A stretch of 64,000 nucleotides of DNA from Candidatus Thorarchaeota archaeon (GCA_048884785.1 JBHLQM010000009.1:1-64000); one strand, 5' to 3'; counted from the stretch's first letter, positions 9,068 to 17,888 are shown. The notes: generated by a model from the sequence alone, not told the origin. Numbers and translations are program-made.

Positions 9068-9130
9068 GACCTGACTCTTCGGTCCCTGCAGACCCGAGAA
9101 GCATTTTTCGGATCCCATTAATCCACACCA
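9068..9130 (+). repeat. possible heavily decayed tRNA 3' remnant R6
   Basis: TTCGGATCCCA...CACCA (9107-9130) resembles TTCGAATCCCA...CACCA. It is preceded by a hairpin and by GACCTG (compare GTCCTG) and lies between genes. Confidence 0.4.
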
Positions 9131-9204
9131 TCCATTATGAAGAACTTGTTCTGGGAACGCAAAAGAGATTAACACTCAGAATAAAGTATAGTGGGGGATA
9201 CGTT

Positions 9205-10242
9205 TTGGCAAATCATCTACCGCCAAAAATAGTGAAGAGAAGGATTGCCATGGCTGCCTTCTTGGTTGTAGTGATTATCTCTTCAGGTATTGTAGTATTT
9301 GGCGTTCTCTCAACATTGTATAATGAATCTCATGAAGCTCCGCTTCCGGGAATTCCTATAGAGAATACGGTTTTTGCAGGGCTAGCGAATGCCGCTGGAG
9401 ATCCCGCATTTTTGCCTGCAGGACCGCTGATATCAAACTATGATAGTGTTACAATGAATATAACCGAGGCAATCGACCAACCGATAATCTCTCAAGAGGA
9501 AGCAGAACAGATTGGGGCCAACAGCTTCTCCCAATTTCCATATATGTCAGGTGTTACCTTGGAGCCGGATCATTTCTGGAACGAGCTACGTGATAATCCC
9601 TACTACTCGCTTCGGTATTTCGTTGGGCAGTATGAGTTCTATGCAGGTGTAAACGCCTTGACTGGACGAGTAATCGTAGTTTCACCTCACTGGTCGGTTC
9701 TCATGCAATATAATACCAGTACTGAATCAGAAGTGTTGTCCGTAGAGGAGATCCAGGAGTGCGCATACGAGTTCTTGGAGTGGAATAACTACAGCCTTTC
9801 AAGCACTGCAAGAGTTGAAACTCCTGTCATAGAGAAGGATACAATACTTACCAACTTTCCTGCATATCACTTGAAATTCTACTGTTCAGTCAATGGATGT
9901 CTTATTCCTAGCAACTACCTATCCATGCTTCTCAGTATTAAAACAGGTGTCGTGATGAGATTCATATATCACTGGAGAAATATAACGCACATCCCAGTCG
10001 AAAATGTAGTTCCTGCTTTGAACGCAGAAAATGTGGCCCGGGCGCACCTGAGTCAGAATCTTCAAGCCAGTAATTTCACTATCATCTCCAGTAGTCTTCA
10101 ATTTCGTAAAGTCACTACATGGCCTATTCTGAAGTTGCAATTGTGCTGGCTGATAGATATTCGTCACGAATTATACGGTCCCATTGTAATCAATGCTCTC
10201 AACCTAGAAGTACTTCAAGTCGGTCAAAAGGTGAATTGGTGA
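9205..10242 (+). CDS. membrane-anchored exported protein (PepSY/YcdB-like repeats possible)
   Basis: N-terminal TM helix, repeated ISQEEA / LSVEEI and VNALTGRV / SIKTGVV motifs, many N-x-S/T sequons. Confidence 0.7.
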   Translation: MANHLPPKIVKRRIAMAAFLVVVIISSGIVVFGVLSTLYNESHEAPLPGIPIENTVFAGLANAAGDPAFLPAGPLISNYDSVTMNITEAIDQPIISQEEAEQIGANSFSQFPYMSGVTLEPDHFWNELRDNPYYSLRYFVGQYEFYAGVNALTGRVIVVSPHWSVLMQYNTSTESEVLSVEEIQECAYEFLEWNNYSLSSTARVETPVIEKDTILTNFPAYHLKFYCSVNGCLIPSNYLSMLLSIKTGVVMRFIYHWRNITHIPVENVVPALNAENVARAHLSQNLQASNFTIISSSLQFRKVTTWPILKLQLCWLIDIRHELYGPIVINALNLEVLQVGQKVNW

Positions 10243-10294
10243 ATTACTGGCAGCATCCTCACGAAACTCCCAAAAAAGCAAGTCACGATAATTC

Positions 10295-11584
10295 TTAGAG
10301 TAACTCAGTCACGTGTCCTCGATTTTTGCTTAGAATTGGGTCGTCTGCTTTTAGAAGCACAAAGAAGGCTACGATGAGGATAACAGAAGCCGCTATAAAT
10401 GGGACCATCCCAATAAGGCCTGAATGGGAAGCCCCGGGTACAGGAGTGGCAGTCACATCAGCCAGATAACCAAGTAGTATGGGTCCAACCACAAAACCCG
10501 CATCACTAATTGTGCGATAGAGTCCCATGGATATCTCGAGCTTGTCTTTTGGCGAAAGATCTGTTATGTATGCGGCACTAGGACCGGATAGACCAATCAC
10601 AGCGCCATAGATTGCCATTGTGATTCCCAATGTTGGCATATCTGACGAGAATGGGATTAGTAGAATAATAACGGCAGATAGGACAAGGCACAAGGCAAGG
10701 GGAATCTTCCTTCCGATTCTGTCTGAAATGCTTCCCATAGGCACAATAGTAATTGCAGTTGTTATACCTGCAAATGTGAGAATCAACCCAACAGAACTCG
10801 GGCCAAGACCAAGGTTGTTGGTTGCAAATAGCGGTACCAGTGTAGTTCTCACACCTGTGCGCAAGAAGAATGTCGTGAAGATTGCGAATGTTGCAAGGAG
10901 AAATGAAGGGGCTATCAGAACCTGTTTCATATCATGGAAGATTTCCTTGGGTTTTAGGATGGAAGATGTGTTTCCAGAGTTTGATAGTTTTGGCAAAACC
11001 AGAGTAGGAATGACACCTAATCCAGTGATTATTGCGTACGCAAAGAACGGCGCACGTATATCATAGGCATCTGCAATCACTCCTCCAAATGTGGGTCCAA
11101 AGATGGCTCCAAGAAGTAGCATGCCCATATACATGCTCATGTACTTTCCTCTCTTTTCCTCGCCGGAAATCTGAGCAAGAAAGACTGTAGCTGTGGTCAC
11201 GTAAAGGGCTGAACCTGCACCTTCAATCATCCTGGCAATTATCAAGACGGGATAATTGGGAGCCGCCCCTGCGAGAATAGAAGATGTCGAGATTAGAAGC
11301 AAGCCTGAAACCATTATTCTCTTCTTGTCTACTTTTCTGGAAAGAAGACCGGCTGGTATATCCAGAACCATTCTAGTTACCGCAAATGATGAAACTACGA
11401 ATCCAACAAGGGTGTATGAAACCTGAAAGCTTTCTGCGTATGTAGGTAGAATCGGAGCAACCATGCTCAAACCAAGCAGTACTAGGAAAGTCACTAGGGA
11501 TAGGTTCAGTACTGTTGGAACGTTTCCCTCGTAATCCACATTTGATGGAGTATGACTATCCAGTTCGTGGCTCTCTTCAGACAA
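10295..11584 (-). CDS. MFS transporter (DHA1-like)
   Basis: ~12 TM segments; motif A GSISDRIGRK; IARMIEGAG; GPTFGG. Confidence 0.93.
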   Translation of the reverse strand: MSEESHELDSHTPSNVDYEGNVPTVLNLSLVTFLVLLGLSMVAPILPTYAESFQVSYTLVGFVVSSFAVTRMVLDIPAGLLSRKVDKKRIMVSGLLLISTSSILAGAAPNYPVLIIARMIEGAGSALYVTTATVFLAQISGEEKRGKYMSMYMGMLLLGAIFGPTFGGVIADAYDIRAPFFAYAIITGLGVIPTLVLPKLSNSGNTSSILKPKEIFHDMKQVLIAPSFLLATFAIFTTFFLRTGVRTTLVPLFATNNLGLGPSSVGLILTFAGITTAITIVPMGSISDRIGRKIPLALCLVLSAVIILLIPFSSDMPTLGITMAIYGAVIGLSGPSAAYITDLSPKDKLEISMGLYRTISDAGFVVGPILLGYLADVTATPVPGASHSGLIGMVPFIAASVILIVAFFVLLKADDPILSKNRGHVTELL

Positions 11585-11658
11585 CTACTGACAACCTTCC
11601 AGAATGAAGAGCAATATCCTCCATTTAAATAACTTTGAGTTGCCTATTCCTACCGAAG

Positions 11659-11699
11659 TGGAAGAGGTCGCGTGTTTAAACCACGATCGTTTTACACCA
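11659..11699 (+). repeat. decayed tRNA 3'-half remnant R7 of a second tRNA type
   Basis: TGGAAGAGGTCGCGTG is 16/16 identical to 7200-7215. It is followed by T-loop-like TTTAAAC, the complementary strand CACG, and a terminal ACCA. Confidence 0.7.
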
Positions 11700-11806
11700 T
11701 TTCGTCGAATTGTGGCAAACTTATTTCGCGTGGTACCATCTCGAGAACCTATTGCGCCAAAGTTTTCACTTTTATTCCTCTGCAAGTCAATATGCTTTGT
11801 GATGAT

Positions 11807-12841
11807 ATGGTACTAAGTCGAAGGAATCGGATGTTTGCTGCAATTATACTGACATCTCTTGTGATAGGAATCACATTCACCTTCGTTTATTTCTTGAACT
11901 TCGCAAACCCAGCAGAACTGGAGCCGCCAGGAGAGAATCCCCTTGTTTTAGATTTCAATTTGATCGCAGAAGTTGATACGGGATCTTTTGCATTGAGTGT
12001 ACATGTAGACGGAGATACTGCATTCGTTCTTGATACCGACGAAACTGGCACATTAGGGTTAGTCATTGTGGATATCAGTAATCCCTACCTGCCTGAAATC
12101 TTAGGAACATATCACAATGGAGGGCTTCCTTTCAATTTAGAGTCCAAGGGTGACATAGTATACATCGCAGACCAAGAAGAAGGACTTAGAATTATAGATA
12201 TCTCAAACCCTGCCCAACCTGTAGAACTCGAGGGATACTCAGGCAGCGGAATGGCATTCGATGTGAAAATAGTTGGGAATTATCTGTACTTTGCTGATTA
12301 CGAATATGGAATGGTTGTGTTGGACATCAGTAATCCTAGCACGCCGGTTTATGTCACAAACTATGAGACTGGGTGTGTGCATTTAGAAATTGAGGATGAT
12401 ATTGCATATATTGCAGGTCATGGGAATCTGGTTTTACTCGATGTCAGTGATCCCACCCAGCCCACTTTCATAGGCGGAACTCCAGAAAGTAGCACTACGC
12501 TTTGGGACCCCTCAGTATCTAATAATACAATCTACCTTGCCAATCACAGTGGAGATGATGGCGAGTTGATGATATTTGATGCAAGTGACCCGTCTAATAT
12601 TGAAATGACTGGTGAGTTTGATTCAGAAGGTACATTCCAATCATTCTACGTACAAGATTCTCTGCTGTATGCAGTTGACTTTGTAGCTGGACTGTATCTA
12701 TTGGATGTGCGCAATTCAGCCACTCCTGTTGAGATTACTAGATTCTCGGATGGACAACCTTGGGATGTTACACTAAGTGATGGTTTAGTTTATCTCGTTG
12801 GTTCGGAAGGCCTACAAATCCTTCAGATCGTTTCAGCCTGA
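11807..12841 (+). CDS. LVIVD-repeat beta-propeller protein with N-terminal membrane anchor
   Basis: Repeated YIAD..GLRIIDISNP..P units, including a literal LVIVDISNP. Start moved to ATG 11807 because the longer ORF overlaps R7. Confidence 0.9.
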   Translation: MVLSRRNRMFAAIILTSLVIGITFTFVYFLNFANPAELEPPGENPLVLDFNLIAEVDTGSFALSVHVDGDTAFVLDTDETGTLGLVIVDISNPYLPEILGTYHNGGLPFNLESKGDIVYIADQEEGLRIIDISNPAQPVELEGYSGSGMAFDVKIVGNYLYFADYEYGMVVLDISNPSTPVYVTNYETGCVHLEIEDDIAYIAGHGNLVLLDVSDPTQPTFIGGTPESSTTLWDPSVSNNTIYLANHSGDDGELMIFDASDPSNIEMTGEFDSEGTFQSFYVQDSLLYAVDFVAGLYLLDVRNSATPVEITRFSDGQPWDVTLSDGLVYLVGSEGLQILQIVSA

Positions 12842-12885
12842 TTCCTGGCTTTGAGCCTATGATTTGCTTTCTAGATTCATCGTTT

Positions 12886-13368
12886 CTATTCAAAGACTAG
12901 CTCATACAACTCCATATCTAGGCCCCACAGATGCTTCCTGAGGTGTCCGCATTTCCTAAACCCATATTTCTTGTAGAGTGCTATTGCTTCTTTTAGAAAT
13001 GGAACTGTATCTAGCCAGACTTTGGACGCATTCTTTAATCGAGCATTCTCAATTACTGCTTCAACAAGTGCTCGTCCGATGCCGTGATTTCTCTGTTCTT
13101 TAGCAATAGCTAGATGAGTTAGACAACACGTGCCATGCCTGAAGCTGCATCCAACAACCCCAGTGATTCCATCTGCAACCTCTGTAACAAAATACGTATC
13201 TTCTCTCATCCACTCAACAACCCCTTTCGTTGAAGGGGTCCTAGATTCGAGCAGTTCTGGAGGGAATCTGTCGGCATAATCTTTCCACACACTTCTATAC
13301 AGCTCGGAGATATCTGATGCATCCTTGGTATCCGCGATTCTAATGACAAAGCCTGACATCGGAAACAC
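12886..13368 (-). CDS. GNAT family N-acetyltransferase
   Basis: QRNHGIGRAL acetyl-CoA motif A; AIALYKKYGF. Confidence 0.9.
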   Translation of the reverse strand: MFPMSGFVIRIADTKDASDISELYRSVWKDYADRFPPELLESRTPSTKGVVEWMREDTYFVTEVADGITGVVGCSFRHGTCCLTHLAIAKEQRNHGIGRALVEAVIENARLKNASKVWLDTVPFLKEAIALYKKYGFRKCGHLRKHLWGLDMELYELVFE

Positions 13369-13466
13369 CTCGACGGGTCTGTCGACATCTTCGAATATTA
13401 AGAAGAGTATTCTTAGGACAGAATAAGGCTCCTACAAAACTCAAAATCCTCGCTCAGTTCTAATCC

Positions 13467-13850
13467 TTACACTTCTTCTGCGATCGCCTTTCTTTCTTTT
13501 TCTTTGCATTCATTACATGTGGCGTGCTCAGCTGTAACAATTCTATATCCGACATGTGCAGTGCCAATTGAGAGCGAATCTATGGATACCAACCGTTCAC
13601 ATCTTGTGATGAACAATCCTGGTTCAGGTCCTTTTTTCCAAACGAATGCTGAGTGAATAGGCTCTCCTGCCTTGGTTACAAATAGATGAGGCTCCCTGTG
13701 TCTTCTATAGTTGGCAATTCCTGCAATAGCCACAACGAATCCAAGAAATAGATTCCAATAAACCAGAGGGTAAAAGGGGGTAGCTAGTAGTAATAATATC
13801 CCGATTAAGACTAGTATTTTTCCGAGAGAACGAAGATCAAAATCATCCAT
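13467..13850 (-). CDS. 2-TM membrane protein with His/Cys domain; paralogue of 7275-7712
   Basis: Shares the EPIHSA / GTAHVGY / CxxC pattern. Start placed at ATG 13850 (MDDFDLRSLG) by analogy with the paralogue. Confidence 0.8.
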   Translation of the reverse strand: MDDFDLRSLGKILVLIGILLLLATPFYPLVYWNLFLGFVVAIAGIANYRRHREPHLFVTKAGEPIHSAFVWKKGPEPGLFITRCERLVSIDSLSIGTAHVGYRIVTAEHATCNECKEKERKAIAEEV

Positions 13851-13872
13851 GGATATTCTGTGAAATCTCAAT

Positions 13873-14475
13873 TTATCTCCAGTGCAATCCATAGACTTCA
13901 GAGAAAGCAATCTGCTGTATCATCTTCGTTGAACGAGGAGAAGGTATTTCATCTGCAACTCCAAGAGTGATTAATGCAACTATATCCACGTTATCTGGTA
14001 TTCTTAATGCCGCTTTGACATCAAGGATACTTTCTTTGTGCCGAGAATCAAGCATTGCAACCCAGCATGATCCGTATCCCAATGCGGTTGCTGCTAGAAC
14101 TACATGCTCTGCTGCAATCATTGTATCCTGAACATACCACATCGATGCGTTTCCTGGGCAACATGATGCGCCACGATTAGCTAATGCCATGATGACTGCT
14201 TTTGCATCTGAAATGAATCGCTGTCGACCTGCAACTTCGCTGAGTAATTTGATTGTTTCAGGTTCTTTAATTACAAGGAACTGCCATGGCTGTGTGTTAT
14301 TGGTCGAGGGAGCCAATTGTGCAGCTTCAATCATACGTGTGATATCCTCATCAGGGATTTCAATATCCTTGTATTTCCTGATACTCCTCCTTTTTTGAAC
14401 AACTTCAAAGAAATCGGATGACTTGTTTTGCAAACTCTCTGAAATTTCTGGCACCGTGAATGTTCTCTCGCCCAT
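13873..14475 (-). CDS. nitroreductase family protein
   Basis: RRSIRKY, APSTNNTQPWQF, ATALGYGSCW. Likely start at ATG 14475. Confidence 0.92.
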   Translation of the reverse strand: MGERTFTVPEISESLQNKSSDFFEVVQKRRSIRKYKDIEIPDEDITRMIEAAQLAPSTNNTQPWQFLVIKEPETIKLLSEVAGRQRFISDAKAVIMALANRGASCCPGNASMWYVQDTMIAAEHVVLAATALGYGSCWVAMLDSRHKESILDVKAALRIPDNVDIVALITLGVADEIPSPRSTKMIQQIAFSEVYGLHWR

Positions 14476-14601
14476 AGACACCACCAATATTATCTGACGC
14501 CCAATATATCTGACATCCAATATATAAACGTAAAGAACACAGCAAGTCCAATACTTCCTACGCTGGAAAACTGAAAAAGGGGGTCCGATAATATTGAAGC
14601 T

Positions 14602-16335
14602 TTACAGTTTGTGAGTCTTTTTCCAAGAGCGAATTATATCATGAATTGCCATTTCATCAATGCGTCCATGTGGAGATAGTCTCTCAATCAGACGTCTTGG
14701 TGGTTCAAGTTCTTCGAGATCAAAGCCCTCTTGAATCTTGAAGCGCATTCGAAGATGAAATACATCTTCTCCAATTCGATTGAGTTCTTCAGCAGTCCTT
14801 TCCTCTCCAAGTGCCTTGAGTGAGCTAAGCACTACATCCGGAGTGAACACTGGACGCGCAAACAAGCAGATGATTAGAGAATTAAGAACAGTGCGCCATG
14901 TGTCTTCTTTCGCGATTTCCTTTCCAATTTGCTCGTTTGTCATCGCTCCTGCAAAAGCCTTCTCATCGATACTGTATCCTGCATTATCCAGATGACTATG
15001 ACGTATTCCAACCATCTGTCCCACAATATTGGCAGGACCTGTATGATATCCTGAAGCTTCATTGTTGGAAAAGTGAACTGCAAATTCACTCCCGCCGTAC
15101 CTAGAAGAGAGTGCACTCACTCCCATTCCAGCAAGTCGATAGAATTCGTTAGGTGGTACAGTAATCCTGTCTATCATCTTCAAATATGCTTCAACATTCC
15201 CCCAACGAGGCGAAAGGCCTGCAAGATCTTCTCCTGTTACTAGGCCTTTGTTGTATGCCTCAGTAATCCATCCTAGCACAACGCCTGCACTCATTGCATC
15301 AAGACCACGAAGGTCAGCTCTTTCAATGAGCTGAAGCACATCTGAGGTGGAGCCAATACCAAGATTAGAGCCAAAGGCAAAGATCAGCTCATAATCATAG
15401 GGAACATACACAGTACCATAATCGCGATGTTCAGGATTAAACTGAACTCGTAGTTCTCCTATATGGATACAACCTATAGGACATGGAACACACGAGCTCT
15501 TGCCTACAAGAGTGTCGTCTGCAAATCTCTCGCCCGATATTCCTTCAGCTCCTTCAAATGAGAACGAACTGAAATTCCGAGTCGGAAGTGCCTGAATCTC
15601 GTTGAGATGGAGTACATTCTTTGATGTCCCGAGTATGTCATACTTGTCCATTCGCCCCGTTCGAAGAACCAAATCGTGCACCTTCTTGTACTCCTCACGG
15701 TATTCCTTGATCGATGGCACTTTGTAATTGTGTGTACCTGTAATTACCATCCCTTTCAGTTTCTTTGATCCCATCACACAGCCTAGACCTAGCCTGCCGA
15801 AATGCCGTACTGTGTCAACTACAGCCATGGCATACCTCACTTGGTTTTCGCCAGCAACGCCTATTCTGAGAATAGAACGTCTTCCTTCTCCTGGTGCCTT
15901 TTCCTTGAGTATACGGCCGGTCGCTCTAGTAGATAATCCCCACAGTGCATGGGCATTTCTAAACTCAACACTGTTATCCTGAATCAGCAGATAGTGCGGG
16001 CGGTCAAGCTTTCCAGTTATTAGGATGACATCATGTCCTGCCAATCTCATGGCTATGCTCATCTTGCCACCAGCATAGCTTTCACCCAGGTTGCCAGTTA
16101 GAGGTGACTTGAATAGTGCGACGGTCTTTGCGCAGCATGGGTAGAACATATTCAAAGGTCCAGTGGCAAAGATGATTGGAGCATCCTCATAGGGTGTGTC
16201 GGGAGGACAATTATCCAGTAGAAGTTGAGAAGCAACCCCAACGCCGCCAATATACTTCTCGAAGAGGTCTTTCCGTTCTATTGTTTCAGTGGTCTTTGCA
16301 GATAGATCAATGTGGAGAACCTGTCCTTGTATCAA
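14602..16335 (-). CDS. aor: tungsten-dependent aldehyde ferredoxin oxidoreductase (AOR/WOR family), large subunit
   Basis: KSPLTG, GRLGLGCVMGSKKLK, CxxCPIGC, D..GLD motifs. The TTG start at 16335 overlaps the stop of the upstream ferredoxin, with GGAGGTGG upstream. Confidence 0.9.
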   Translation of the reverse strand: MIQGQVLHIDLSAKTTETIERKDLFEKYIGGVGVASQLLLDNCPPDTPYEDAPIIFATGPLNMFYPCCAKTVALFKSPLTGNLGESYAGGKMSIAMRLAGHDVILITGKLDRPHYLLIQDNSVEFRNAHALWGLSTRATGRILKEKAPGEGRRSILRIGVAGENQVRYAMAVVDTVRHFGRLGLGCVMGSKKLKGMVITGTHNYKVPSIKEYREEYKKVHDLVLRTGRMDKYDILGTSKNVLHLNEIQALPTRNFSSFSFEGAEGISGERFADDTLVGKSSCVPCPIGCIHIGELRVQFNPEHRDYGTVYVPYDYELIFAFGSNLGIGSTSDVLQLIERADLRGLDAMSAGVVLGWITEAYNKGLVTGEDLAGLSPRWGNVEAYLKMIDRITVPPNEFYRLAGMGVSALSSRYGGSEFAVHFSNNEASGYHTGPANIVGQMVGIRHSHLDNAGYSIDEKAFAGAMTNEQIGKEIAKEDTWRTVLNSLIICLFARPVFTPDVVLSSLKALGEERTAEELNRIGEDVFHLRMRFKIQEGFDLEELEPPRRLIERLSPHGRIDEMAIHDIIRSWKKTHKL

Positions 16336-16751
16336 ATCCCCACCTCCTCCTTGATCAAAATGTTGTGAGGACACCACTCTACACACTCCCCGCAATGAAC
16401 ACACACAACTGCTTTTTCACGGGCTGAATCAATGAAGATAGCAGTGAGAGGACAGGCTTCAGCACAATCACCACAGCCAATACATTTGGTCTGGCTGATT
16501 GTAATGCCGCCACCGCGCCTGTGTTTCATGGCATCATACTCGCATGCCTCAAGACATACAGGTTCTTCACATGCGCGGCACATAATAACAACGAAGTTGC
16601 CACCTGAGCCTCCTGCAGTGGGTGGAGGAGTTGACTTTATCCTGAGTGCTGCATGCCCTAGGTCAACGTGCCCCGTTCTTCGACTGCACGCAAAAACACA
16701 GGAAAAGCATGAGATACAGCGTTCCACATTCACAGGTTTCACAATGAACAT
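16332..16751 (-). CDS. 4Fe-4S dicluster protein (AOR small subunit type)
   Basis: Four CxxCxxCxxxC-type motifs. Confidence 0.92.
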   Translation of the reverse strand: MFIVKPVNVERCISCFSCVFACSRRTGHVDLGHAALRIKSTPPPTAGGSGGNFVVIMCRACEEPVCLEACEYDAMKHRRGGGITISQTKCIGCGDCAEACPLTAIFIDSAREKAVVCVHCGECVEWCPHNILIKEEVGI

Positions 16752-16938
16752 CTTTGCAGTCCTCCCTTTCCATTAGTCAAATCATACCTATCAAAGTTAT
16801 GTGAAAAAGTACAGCGCGAAGGTGAACTCACCAACAAGCCTTTGACAACTCTTATGTTCTACAAGTAGTCACAATTGAGGTCCCTAAAATGTGACTCCGA
16901 ATTATAAGCTGTGGTCATCCCGAAAGCCCGAGTGAAAC

Positions 16939-17832
16939 ATGACTAGCGGGATTCGATTTGGAGTTATAGTACTGCAGGATATGCCATGGAGCGAATTGCT
17001 ACAACTCTGGCGGAAATTCGACGAGCTTGGTTTTGACAGTACTTGGGTTGCCGATCACTTTGTGAATTATGCTAATCCAACAAGTCCATGGTTTGAAGGT
17101 TGGACTGCATTGGCTGGTCTTGCAAGTGTAACATCAAATATCCGAATTGGCACTCTGGTGACATCAATTCCCCTACGGAATCCGGCGTTTCTGGCACGTC
17201 AGGCATTGACTGTCGATCACATTTCTGGTGGGCGTCTAGAGCTGGGTATTGGAGCAGGAGCTCCTGGCGAAATCGATCCCACCTATCGTATGACTGGCAT
17301 CGATGATTGGCCACCGGATGAACGCATACGGCGTCTGCGCGAACAGGTTGAAATTATTGACAAACTTCTTACTACTACCACTACAAGCTATAATGGAGAG
17401 TTCTACAGTCTGGAAGAGGCTATCATGAACCCTAGGCCTGTTCAAACGCCTCGACCACCTCTGGCTATCGCAGCCCACGTAAAGGGTTCGTTGAGAATTG
17501 TGGCCGAATTCGCAGACACATGGGTTTCATATGGTGCTAACTTTGGTGCCCCTGTAGACATCGTACTTGAAAAGACCATAAAACGGAGTGAACTACTAGA
17601 GAAGTACTCTGAGGATATAGGTCGCGATCCAGCATCCATACGGCGCTTGTTACTTATCTTTGGGCAAGAGGCCAACACTGCCTTTGCATCTGAGAAACAC
17701 TTTACCGAGATAGTTGAAAGATATACTGCCATTGGAATTACTGACTTGGTGTTTTTCTATCCGTTCTTTGCACCTGAACAGATTCCTATATTTGAAAAAA
17801 TAGCCAGAGATACTATACCATCTCTTAGGTAA
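16939..17832 (+). CDS. LLM-class (luciferase-like) flavin/F420-dependent oxidoreductase
   Basis: GFDSTWVADHF, RIGTLVT, RNPAFLA..A.TVDHISGGRLELGIGAG. Confidence 0.92.
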   Translation: MTSGIRFGVIVLQDMPWSELLQLWRKFDELGFDSTWVADHFVNYANPTSPWFEGWTALAGLASVTSNIRIGTLVTSIPLRNPAFLARQALTVDHISGGRLELGIGAGAPGEIDPTYRMTGIDDWPPDERIRRLREQVEIIDKLLTTTTTSYNGEFYSLEEAIMNPRPVQTPRPPLAIAAHVKGSLRIVAEFADTWVSYGANFGAPVDIVLEKTIKRSELLEKYSEDIGRDPASIRRLLLIFGQEANTAFASEKHFTEIVERYTAIGITDLVFFYPFFAPEQIPIFEKIARDTIPSLR

Positions 17833-17888
17833 AAGTGATCAAATGCAAAAATCAGGTATAAATCACATCAAGCAGTGATGCGCTTTCT

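Larger units (their letters stand above)
78..11699 (+). mobile_element. tRNA-Ala-anchored island of tandem 1-2 gene cassettes separated by tRNA 3'-half direct repeats; accessory genes continue to ~17.8 kb; no integrase seen
   Basis: Direct repeats of tRNA 3' halves end at 1210, 4945, 5530, 6449 and 7270, with decayed copies ending at 9130 and 11699. All lie in intergenic space between unrelated accessory genes. Confidence 0.75.

Noticed and set aside
78-17832. Integrase or transposase within the island
   Set aside because: No ORF shows tyrosine-recombinase R-H-x-x-R-Y, serine-recombinase or DDE motifs.
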